Assembly (NCBI GenBank): GCA_951406725.2
Contig: OX597828.1
Span: 38,936,001-39,000,000 of the forward strand
DNA length: 64,000 nt
Reading direction: 5' to 3'
Source of the DNA: Octopus vulgaris
Taxonomy: Eukaryota
Shown here: positions 54,171 through 64,000 of the stretch, in pieces
How positions within the stretch are numbered: the stretch's first letter is position 1
Layout of the letters: each line of letters opens with the position of its first letter
Notes under the pieces: generated by a model
What the model saw: only the letters and a program-made list of their open reading frames with translations
Told to the model about the DNA's origin: nothing
The model's database searches: none
Made by a program: the position numbers and the translations under genes

Positions 54171-54488
54171 TATTTACATTTGACGGATATTTGTCCTCGT
54201 CTTGTTTGTTGTTAACACAACGTTGGGCATATGGCACAGCGGTTAAGAGTGCGGGCTACTAACCCCAAGATTCCGAGTTCAATTTCAGGTAGTGACCTGA
54301 ATAATAATACCATCAAAAAATACCTTACGAGTGAGAACCCAGGTTCAAAATTTCCCCAAGACACCTGAAGAAGGCTGGAGGGTATATCAGCTGAAACGTT
54401 GTGTTAACAACTAACAAGATGAGGACAAATATCCGTCAAATGTAAATAATGTACATAATTCCTCATCTCTTAAATATAAAACTGTAGT
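54171..54488 (+). mobile_element. tRNA-headed short element with a minimal hammerhead ribozyme motif and an inverted 3'-tail copy at its 5' end
   Basis: Direct repeat gtcatttcatcat at 54158-54170 and 54489-54501. 57-bp inverted arms at 54168-54224 and 54395-54451. A-box TGGCACAGCGG and degenerate B-box GAGTTCAAT. CTGAAGA...GAAACGTT at 54365-54400. Confidence 0.8.
54361..54404 (+). ncRNA. minimal type I hammerhead ribozyme motif
   Basis: acac-CTGAAGA-a-ggctgg(agggtata)tcagct-GAAAC-GTT-gtgt: stem I acac/gtgt, 6-bp stem II with two G:U pairs, palindromic AACGTT stem III, predicted GUU site at 54400. Confidence 0.7.
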
Positions 54489-55159
54489 GTCATTTCATCA
54501 TGTTGATATTTGTCTGATAGAGAGCATTTGAGTCATGCAGTAAAGCCATTAGCATTTAGCAGGTACTTTCTTTCAAGCTATCACTGAAGGTATTTTTTTC
54601 TTTCTGTTAGTTAATTGTTGTGGTTTAACTCCAGATCAGGCCTGATTCAGCAGAGCTATATTTACTAAAACATTTGCTACCACAAACACCCAGTTTATTT
54701 TTATCTTTTTTTATTCAAATGAAGTATTTTAAAGGTTCTACAACAAAAAGTGTTTTTCATTTCTTTTTTTTTTAAGATGGCAGCATGTAATTTAAGGCAA
54801 ATTTATTTGGTACTATTTCTAGTAGGTTGAATGATTACATGGCAGCTGCCTCATCGAAGGAGGATTTTTTAGAGGTGGGGGGAGAAATAATTGATTGATT
54901 GATCTCCATATCAGAATATCACTGATTTTTATTTCATTGACTGTGAGATTTGAACACAGAGATGTGGAAGAGCTACTGAGATATATTCTGGAAGATATTC
55001 AGCCCATTCTCTGTCACAAGCAGTCAATTAAAAGTTGAATCTATATTTTATCCCAAGCTATTAAAGAAAAAAAATGTATGATTTTTAGGGAAAGGACAAA
55101 GGCAAATGAATCAATTTCAGGACATGTTTAATAATAATAATAACAACAATAATAATAAT

Positions 55160-55658
55160 ACCAGGCAGTGGCTTCTGATCTTAACTGACTGGAAGTGTTA
55201 TCATGTACATTGTTTTGTCTTGGTATAAAAGATGGGCTACAGCAAATATTCTCCTCAATACCACAGATTTGTTTGTCAGTTGTTTGACCGTAACCAGTTG
55301 AGCATGTCCCTTGGTGGCTGACGATATGAGCACCTCTGATCACAAGCAGAAGTAGTGGGGGGAATTCTTTGGGGTTTGAATAATTCACCTCTGGAAACAT
55401 GGGTGTTTCATTCAACATCCTTAAACAACCCTTAATCAGGGACCTTTTGAGTGGGATGGGTTACTTGACCAGAAGAAAATTCTAACTGCAAGGTTATGTG
55501 CTGTTTATCTTGAAATGAGATCACAATGTCGCACACATATGGTTGTGATGTATGTGCCTAGTGTACCTTTATCAGACGGGTAGTCATGATGGGTATACTG
55601 GGCTTCGTATATTTTACCCCAGTGTCACTTTGATGGCATGCACTAATCTCTCACTCAA
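55160..55658 (+). mobile_element. unclassified ~500-bp interspersed element bounded by (TAA)n
   Basis: Higher-GC segment flanked on both sides by taa repeats, ending ctctcactc-aataataataa. Confidence 0.4.
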
Positions 55659-56404
55659 TAATAATAATGTCATTCACCCCTTCATCAGTGCTGACTGAAC
55701 AGAACTTTAGTCAAAGGAGTCTCAGGTGTCATTATCCAACCGTGTTGTATAAAAGGGATTACATTATTCTTTTATTCGTTTCAGTCATTGGACTGTGGCC
55801 ATGCTGGGACACTACATCGAAGGGTTTAGCCAATCAAACTGACCCCAGGACTTATTTTTTTAAATCGGGTGAATAGTATATCAGCCTCTTAAGACGAACT
55901 GCAAAGTTATGTGGGTATAAACAAACCAATGTCAGTTGTCCAAAAGTGAAGGGACAAACACAGATATGCACATGCACAAATATATATGTGTATGTAAGTA
56001 TATGATGGGCTTCTACAAAGTTTCTGTCAACCAAATTCACTCACAGGGCATATGTCAGCCTGGGGCTATAGTAGCAGACATTTGCTTGAGGTGCTGTTTA
56101 GTGGGACTGAACCTGAAACCACATGGTTGTGAAGTGAACTGCTTAACCACAAAGCTATACCAGCACCAATGCCCAATGAATCCTTTTTTTTAAGATTTGG
56201 GTGCTACTTCAATTGGACAGAGCAACCACAGGAGGTTCTCTAGTTGGTACGTACCTAATATTCATTTTATTGGTCAGCCAATATTGAATTCAGTGTGATT
56301 TGAACTGAGAACATAGAGGGATGAAATTAAATACTGCTAGGTGTTTAATCTGGTACTCTCTCATTTCTTATGCTCCATCGTCTTGAAAATAATAAATCAA
56401 ATAA

Positions 56405-56410
56405 TTTATT
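56405..56410 (-). terminator. candidate polyadenylation signal AATAAA immediately after the SNRNP35 stop
   Basis: The minus strand reads TGA-a-AATAAA-ttatttgatttatt. The context is AT-rich, so this could be chance. Confidence 0.35.
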
Positions 56411-56411
56411 T

Positions 56412-57188
56412 TCATCTATTTCTTCTTTCCTCATTTCTATAACCTCTGTCTCTGTATTTAGACTCTAAACTCTCTCTCCCTCTTTCTCTACTTCTGTAGC
56501 TCCTCTCAGAATTCCCACCTCTGTCCCCTCTATCTCTAAATTCTCTGCTATCACTCCGAGAATAATTCCCTCCCCTTTCAGAGCCAAACCTGCCATCTTT
56601 GTGTTGAAAATCCCTGTTCTTTTGGTGGGAGCTATCTTTGTAGTCCCATTTTTTATATCCACTGTTACTATCTGAATTGACAATAATTGGCTTCTTAAAC
56701 GGCCGGTCCCTACCGCCAAAACGCAATTGCCCTGACTCTTTATTTCCACCAAAGCCTCCCCCAAGTCTACGAGGAACCCAGTTTTTCAAAATTCGTTCCC
56801 GTTCAAAGTCAACGAATATTTCAGAGCCATCCAGCAGAGATTTATTCGCTTGAACGAAGGCCTTTCGTGCGGAATACTCCTCTTCATACTCTATAAAACC
56901 ATAACCTCGTGTAAATCCTGTAACAATATCCCGGACAAGACGTAACTGCTTAATTTGGCCGTATTCACTGAAACATTTACGGAGGCTGTTTTCATCAGTT
57001 TTGGGGTTCAGTCTGGAAGCAAAAATTGTCCTACTAGGATCTCCAGCAACCTGTTTGTTAGTTTTATATTTACAACTGAGTGCTCGCACTATGCCATGGT
57101 CATGGGCAACATCGTCTGTCCCATCGATACTCCCTGCCATAAGGGGGTCATACACGTGAGCTATAGGGGACCAAAGATCTTCTGCCAT
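56412..57188 (-). CDS. SNRNP35: U11/U12 small nuclear ribonucleoprotein 35 kDa protein (minor spliceosome, U1-70K paralogue), 258 aa, single coding exon
   Basis: N-terminus WSPIAHVYDPLMAGSIDGTD..HDHGIVRA; RRM (TIFASRLN...LRLVRDIVTGFTRGYGFIEY); WVPRRLGGGFGGNKESGQLRFGGRDRPFKKP; R/S/D/E-rich tail. The real ATG is at 57188, with the exon starting at 57192 after a pyrimidine-rich acceptor (ttttgttttatttcAG), so the first residues of the track ORF are intronic or UTR. Confidence 0.95.
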   Translation of the reverse strand: MAEDLWSPIAHVYDPLMAGSIDGTDDVAHDHGIVRALSCKYKTNKQVAGDPSRTIFASRLNPKTDENSLRKCFSEYGQIKQLRLVRDIVTGFTRGYGFIEYEEEYSARKAFVQANKSLLDGSEIFVDFERERILKNWVPRRLGGGFGGNKESGQLRFGGRDRPFKKPIIVNSDSNSGYKKWDYKDSSHQKNRDFQHKDGRFGSERGGNYSRSDSREFRDRGDRGGNSERSYRSRERGRESLESKYRDRGYRNEERRNR

Positions 57189-57192
57189 TTTT

Positions 57193-57215
57193 CTGAAATA
57201 AAAACAAAAGAAAAT
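57193..57215 (-). other. 3' splice acceptor of the SNRNP35 coding exon (implies an upstream non-coding exon)
   Basis: The minus strand reads ttttcttttgttttatttcag|aaaaATGGCAG. Confidence 0.75.
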
Positions 57216-57662
57216 ATAAAAGCAAAGGAGTGAAACCAACCCAACATAATGAATGACAAAATTTTCTAAATCTTTAAGGCCATTGTCTCAGATTTTACTA
57301 ACAATAGGTCTCTATGAAGTCACTCGACTTGTTAAAAAGAGCAACTAAATCTCCTTCAGATATCACCCTAGCAAAGAGAAGGGTGATGCACTGAGAATAA
57401 GAGATGGAATTTCACAGAGATTTTGAGAGAAAAAAAAAAGTTTTGCTTATTTTAGTTTCAAAATAGATTCCAATGCTCCAGGAAAGTTATTTTCCTTTCA
57501 TGACAGTCAGATGAGCAAGGGCATCACTGAAAACTCTCAAATTAGGGTTTTGAACATATCAATAAATATTTTAAAACAGACAGATTTCTATAAAGGAACC
57601 ATAGGTAGTCTCAGATGTGTTGCTATCAAAAGGCTTTAATATTAATTCGAGTAGTTGTGTGT

Positions 57663-58044
57663 AGGCGTAGGAATGGCTGTGTGGTAAGTAGCTTGCTTAC
57701 CAACCACATGGTTCCGGGTTCAGTCCCACTGCGTGGCACCTTGGGCAAGTGTCTTCTACTATAGCCTCGGGCCGACCAAAGCCTTTTGATTAGATTTGGT
57801 AGGCGGAAACTGAAAGAAGCCCGTCGTATATATGTATACACATGTATGTACGTGTATATGTTTGTCCAACATCGTTTGATAACCGATGCTGGTGTGTTTA
57901 CGTCCCCGTAACTTAGCGGTTCGGCAAAAGAAACGGATAGAATAAGTACTAGGCTTACAAAGAATAAGTCCTGGGGTCGATTTGGTCGACTAAAGGCAGT
58001 GCTCCAGGATGGCCACAGTCAAATGACTGAAAAGAGTAAAAGAG
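57663..58044 (+). mobile_element. tRNA-derived SINE family A (CORE-like centre, internal microsatellite), well-preserved copy
   Basis: TGGCTGTGTGGTAAG A-box, GGGTTCAGTCCC B-box, ccttgggcaagtg, 3' (gtaaaaga)n tail. Many copies in the window. Confidence 0.9.
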
Positions 58045-58890
58045 CATAGAGCTGGTGTTTATATTTTGAAATTGGCGATATTTTCATTTCGTCACAGTTA
58101 AATCCAAAGTTATGTCCCTTTAACACAAAGTTTTCCAATTCTGTGCTTAAGTTAATGAACTGATTCTGAGACCCAAGTTTAACTTCCATTTTAAAGTCGT
58201 TTCACTTTATTTATGTCCTTAACGCTTTCCAAATAGCATTAATGATATCAAATTTACTGTCTAAAAATTTGAAGCATTGTGCCAAAATTATTCAGTGAGA
58301 AGGTATGGATTTAAAACATTAGTGACTTAGTAAGGTAATGATATTAATATATTAATTCAACCTCACAACAATAGGAAAGGTAGCATGGTCACACCAGTAC
58401 ATTAACTATAAGCTACACAAAAGTTATAGTGCATCATCAGTATCGTTTTAACGTCGGCTTTCCCATGCTTGTGTTGAATGAAAAAAATCTTCAACACTGT
58501 CACTGTTGTGGTCCTTTGTCATCTCTTTCATAAGGTTCACACTTCACCACTTTATCTCATGTAGTCTACAGTTTTCTTCTTGGATTGCTTGGTAATTTGT
58601 TTTTTATCCAACTACCATCCCCAGTACTCAACGCATGTCCATACAAGTGCAGTCTTGTTTCTTGCACATGACATCCGATTCCTCCCATACATAGTTTTTC
58701 TCTCAGCTCATTTGTGCTGTCCATCATACACCCAAACATTACATATCTAAAAGAACATATTTGTTTCTTTCATTGGCAAACAAGAGCTCCATAGATAGCC
58801 TGGAGAACTATAATAAACAGGAGTAAGGCTGAGAACTGACTCCCGAGGCATAAATTTCTCATTGAAAACTTTTATCCTGTAGGCAGTATA

Positions 58891-59088
58891 CAGGGTGTGA
58901 TGGGTAAATTGTTGCCATTTTATATTTTTCATTTCATGCACATGCATTGTTTGTTTTTGATTTTGTCAACAACGCAGTATAGTAGGGTCAGTTGGGCACT
59001 GTCTGTGAGAAAAACAACATCATGACACAATTCACTAAGCCAGAAATTTGGAAACAACATGCTGTACTGCTTGGCATTCGTGCAGGAA
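58891..59088 (+). mobile_element. 5' end of a maT-like DNA transposon
   Basis: ta-CAGGGTGTG terminus, followed by ORF start MTQFTKPEIWKQHAVLLGIRAG, which resembles the 36.4 kb remnant. Confidence 0.55.
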
Positions 59089-59857
59089 TGCCACACCAGG
59101 TTCTAGAGCCTGCTTTGGCTTGCTTTCGACAGCTGATGCCCTTCCTAATACCAACCACTTTACAGAGTACTGGGTGCTTTTTATGTGACACCAGCACCCA
59201 CACCAATGCTTTTTGTGTGACACCTTGGTTTTAGGATCTCTAGACAGTAAAATTTGCAAGAAAACTAAATACTAAATTCTTAGCTTACCAACTGGTTTTG
59301 TATTTTTCTTTGTTGCTAGATTTTTCAATCCAATTGACACAAACAGAAATGTGTGAATGCCTTTGTCTAAAAAAAGAGAAAAGAAAAATGAAATGAAATC
59401 ACTACATATGTGTACACCAGACTGTCTCCTATCTCTGCCTTTTCTATCACTATTGTAGTGGCTTCTGCTCTTTTGAGATGGCTGGTCTTGTGCAACCTCT
59501 GCCCAGGTGATCTCAACACATGCAACTCTCTTCCTCTTGCCACCTGTATTGTGTTTCCATCAGCCTAACCTCTTACTCAACTACTATACCCAGTCCTTCC
59601 TCCTCAGGACATTGGCTCTCTACAAAAACCATGGGCACAGCCTTTTCCTACACACCAAACCAATAGTAGAGAAAAAAATATAAACAGGAAGGCCCATATT
59701 TGTATTGCAAGAAGTTAACTTTACAATCATTAAGTCTCAGGTTCAATCCCACAGCAAGTGTCTTTCACTATAATTCCAGGCTGACCCAAGCCTTGCGAGT
59801 GAAAATGAGTAACTGGAAATTGTGTGGAAGCACGTTGGATGAATTGTACCTGTGATT

Positions 59858-60310
59858 TGACCTGTTTGGTATCATATTTCTCTTGAAATATGCCAACTTT
59901 GTTTTAATTAGTTCTGAAAATAACGAAGAATTAAGTAAAATAACTTTGTCATTATCACACTGGTGTTTGGAACAAAAATTATGAAATTTTGATGGAAGGT
60001 TTGAATTCCGACCACTTTAACTCTTTTAGCATTCAGATTACTCTGTCAAATGCAATGCTTATCTATTCACATTATTTTGAATTGGTCATGCATTACTTCA
60101 TAGACTGGAGATACTATATGAAGTGATTGTTTATTTTTACAATGACATTGGAGGGTAAGTGTAAGAGGCCAGATCTGGTCCGTTTCAATATAAACCTGGT
60201 ACAAAATCTGGGTCTGATATGGCCAGTTTAAATGCTAAAGTGTTAAAATAGGAAGTTTGTAACATAGAACCAGGTGCTGCTTCAGGTGGGTTGGTACCAA
60301 AAGGGTTAAT
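59858..60310. mobile_element. nested piggyBac-like MITEs (inner copy 60017-60246)
   Basis: The inner copy is bounded by TTAA with ctcttttagcatt / aatgctaaagtg ends; the outer copy ends aaaaggg-ttaa. Related pieces at about 4584-4690, 22670-23310 and 45776-46000. Confidence 0.55.
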
Positions 60311-61330
60311 GATGCAACCATGTATCATACCTATTCTACCTGAGAGTCACATTAAGGGTACATATGTCTGTGGAATGTTCAACCATTTACAATTATTCAG
60401 TTAGCAGGGAGGTTAGTTAGTCAAACAACTGAATATTCAGCATTGAAACTAATGAAAACCCAAGAATTGTTCAGAATAGGTAGCAGATCTTCCCAGAGAG
60501 TTCACTATGATAGGAGAGTGTTTTAAGAGTATTACCACCGTGTGACATTGCATATTCAAATGAGATGACACCTGCTCTAAAAAGTCAGTTTACATTGCTC
60601 TAAAACAATAGTTTTTTTTAAAATTATATTTTGTTCTTTTATGTCCTTTAACTTAGCAGTTCAACAAATAGAGTGGGATAAAATATATACTAGACTGAAA
60701 TAAATACTGGGGATCAATATGATAAGCTAAAACAAGCCTTGAAGACATTGCCCCAGTGTAACTGCAGCCCAAAAGCTGAAACTAGTAAAGGAATAAATTA
60801 TTTTATACAAAGTAGATGTTGCAAGCTTAAATGATAGCACATTAACAATATGTTCATCATCATCATCGTTTAACGTCCACTTTCAATGCTAGCATGGGTT
60901 GGACGATTTCACTGAGGACTGGCGAACCAGATGACTGCACCAGGCTCCAATCTGATCTGGCAGAGTTTTTACAACTGAATGCCCTTCCTAATGCAAACCA
61001 TTCCAAGAGTGTAGCGGGTGCTTTTACATGTCATCAACACGAGGGCCAGTCAGGCAGTACTGGCAATAGCCACGCTCAAGTGGTGTTTTTTACATGCCAC
61101 CTGCACAGGAGCTAGTCCAGCGGCACTGGCAACAACCTCGCTCGCTCGAATGTTTTTTCACGTGCCACCAGCACAAGAGCCAGTAAGGTGATGCAGGTAA
61201 TGATCACGCTCGAATGGTGCTTTTTACGTGCCACCAGCACGGAAGCCAGTTTGTTCCTTTGGCAGTAATCACACTCAGAGGGTGCTCTTTGCGCTCCACT
61301 GGCACGGGTACCAGTCATCGAATTTGCATA

Positions 61331-61982
61331 AAGGTGGACTGACTCAGTGTTATAAAGTAAGAACTGTGAGCGATTGGCAGTTCAGGTTGGTAAGCAGTTC
61401 ACTGCAAGCTGCTGATAAAGAACATTGAGTCTCATGTAATATTATTTGCAGTGCAACATGTATATACTTTCTTCCTCGCTGCTTTGTTAAATTCTATATC
61501 CAACATACAAGGATATAAAAGTGGTAAGGAGGATGAGATACAAACTCTCGCAGGAAATTCCCATGGAAGTATTGTACAACATGTTTGAGGTACCAACACC
61601 CAAACAATTTGAAACTACATGTTTTAGCACCAGAACACGGAAAAGAGAGGAAACACTGGAATTGATCCCTAAGCATAAGAGATATTAAAACTTGGAGCAG
61701 AGTTCAATTCTCAAAAGAGAAGATAGGGAAGACTGATTCTAAAAAGGGGAGGTGTTGTGAAAGGATTCCTATCCTGCTCTCCAAGTGACTGAAGGTGGAC
61801 TGACTCATTGTTATAAAATAAACAACTGTGAGCAATTGGCAGTTCAAGTTGGTTAACAGTTCACTGTGAGCTGTTGATATAGAGCATTGAGTCTCATGTA
61901 ATATTAATAGTAGTGCAACGTGTATATATTTTCTCCCCAATAGCTTTGTTAAATTATACAGCCAACATACAAGGATATAAAA
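61331..61982 (+). mobile_element. TRIM-like miniature non-autonomous LTR retrotransposon
   Basis: Direct repeats 61331-61520 and 61792-61982. PBS-like TGGTAAGGAGGATGAGAT at 61522. PPT aaaaaggggagg at 61741-61752 followed by TGTTGTG. No coding capacity. Confidence 0.75.
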
Positions 61983-63389
61983 CTATACTTAAAAATAGAA
62001 CGGGATAAGAGAAATAGATACAAGTAGTGTTGAAAGGGTGTTAGTGACATACCCTGAATACATTACTTTGAAACCATGTATTTATCAGTATTAGAAATCA
62101 AAGGAAGAGGAAAAGAAAAAAAAATGCTTCAAAAGATAATCATTACATTTTCAACTAGAAAATTCTGTTTTGTTGAACTAAATTGACTTCAGTATTAACT
62201 AGTAAGGCAGATAAAATATAATCAGATCCAGAGGTCAATTACAAAACACAAAAGACGTTTATTGATAGCCACTGCAATTGTGGCTGTCAATAAAGGTCTT
62301 TTTTAGTTCATCTAGCCACTCCTAAGACAAATTAATCAGGGAAGATTATACACACACACACAACTTTCTATTTGTTTCAATCATTTGACTATGGCCATGC
62401 TAGAGCATTTCCTTTAAAGGCTTTCAGTTGAACAAATCAATTTAGTACTTAGTTTTTCTACTATTTAAAAAAAAATCTGGCACTTACTCTATCAGTCTCT
62501 TTTGCTGAACCACTAAGTTATGGGGGACATAAACAACCCAATACCAGCTGTTAAGCCAGGTAAACACATACATATATATGACAGGGGCACACATACACAC
62601 AGAGTTCCCGTTTACCAAACTCACTCATAAGGTATTGGTTGGCCCAGCGCTATAACTGATGATGCTTGCCCAAAGTGTTGCACAGTGGGACTGAACCTAG
62701 AACCATGTGATTGCAAAACAAGCTCCTTAACCACACAGCCTGTTTGCAGCATATATTTGTTTCAGTAATTTTACTGCAGCCATGCTGGAGCACCGCCTTG
62801 AAGGGTTTTAGTGAAACAAAATCACATCCAGGACTTAATTTTTTAAAGCCTAGTACTTATTCTATTGGGTCTCTTCTGTTGAACCACTAAGTTACGGAGA
62901 TGTAAATGCACCAACACCAGTTGTCAAGTGGTGATAGGTGGGGGACAAATATAGACACAAAAATACACACATGTAGAGATATATATATGACAGGCTTCTT
63001 TCAGTTTCGGTCCACGATATTCATTCACAAGACTTTGGTCGGCCTGAAGCTATAGAAGATACTTAAGCAAGGTCTCACACAGTGGGACTGAGCCCAGAAC
63101 CATGTGGATGGGAAGCAAACTTCTTACCACATAGCCATGCCAGGTCCCATACAATATATATATATATATATACACACACACATATATATATATACATACA
63201 TATATACACACACACACACATATATATATACATACATATATACACACACACACACATATATATATATACATACATATACACACACACACACATATATATA
63301 CATACATATACACACACACACATATATATACATACATATACACACACACACATATATATACATACATATACACACACACATATATATAT

Positions 63390-63442
<53 letters not shown>

Positions 63443-63448
<6 letters not shown>

Positions 63449-64000
63449 GTCATCCTATAAAGACATTTTTTTAATATTTCTTTTACTCTTCAAAATTAAG
63501 ATAAACAAAGTTCTTTTTTAATCTAAAATATACTCTCCTTCATTTTTTACAATGCTCTTCCATCTATCTGGTAGACTTGCAAGGCCCCTTTTCCAAAATT
63601 CACTTGTCTGTAACAAAAAATACTCCCCCAGTACTGTTCTGACTTCGTCTACAGAATTCATATCTTTTCTGTCCAAATGGTTTTGAAGACTGTGAAATAA
63701 ATGATAATCAGATGGGCAATGTCCGGTGAATATGGTAGGTGGGGTATCGTTTCCTATTCAAACTGCTCCAGCCTTCGGAATGTCATCCTCGCTGTATGTG
63801 GCTAAGCATTATCCTGATGGAAGAACACCTTTCGTCTTGAAAGCAAAAATGGTCGTTTTTCTTCTAGCACTGACTTAAGCTACTCAAGCTGCTTGCAGTA
63901 GATCTCCTTTGTTATCATTTGGTTTGAGTTTAAAAGTTCAAAGTGGGCTAAACCTTTCATATCCCACCAAACAGGTAACAACACATTACGTGGGTGAAGA
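63443..64000 (-). mobile_element. 3' part of a decayed mariner, running off the window end
   Basis: The minus strand gives VFFHQDNA and PYSPDIA..SDYHLF. The end ttgggtcatcc abuts (TA)n. Confidence 0.88.

Noticed and set aside
57189-57239. 17-aa N-terminal extension of the SNRNP35 ORF (MVSLLCFYIFFCFYFRK)
   Set aside because: Non-ATG start; it is the polypyrimidine tract and acceptor of the upstream intron.

Overview
AT-rich, repeat-saturated eukaryotic (animal) genomic DNA. The dense (TA)n/(CA)n/(GAT)n/(TAA)n microsatellites and the tRNA-SINE families suggest an octopus or other coleoid cephalopod, but this is inference. Only one protein-coding gene is well supported: SNRNP35 (U11/U12 snRNP 35 kDa RRM protein), minus strand, 56412-57188, with its whole CDS in one exon. 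Almost all other ORFs in the track are microsatellite or SINE artefacts. The rest is mobile DNA: several tRNA-SINE families, a full-length decayed mariner, other Tc1/mariner pieces, RTE, CR1-like and R4/Dong-like LINE fragments, hAT-, pogo- and piggyBac-like MITEs, Helentron-like elements and a TRIM-like miniature LTR element. The most interesting signal is a set of long fold-back (palindromic) elements, several carrying minimal hammerhead-ribozyme motifs of the Penelope pLTR type. The clearest is a complete, TSD-bounded insertion at 54158-54501 that joins a Pol III tRNA-like head to a hammerhead and an inverted copy of its own 3' tail. It is a candidate ribozyme-bearing SINE mobilised by Penelope-like machinery. 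A few repeat-free islands with minus-strand splice signals may be exons of an unannotated transcript, but support is weak. All calls were made by eye without database searches, and repeat boundaries are approximate unless a TSD or TIR is quoted.
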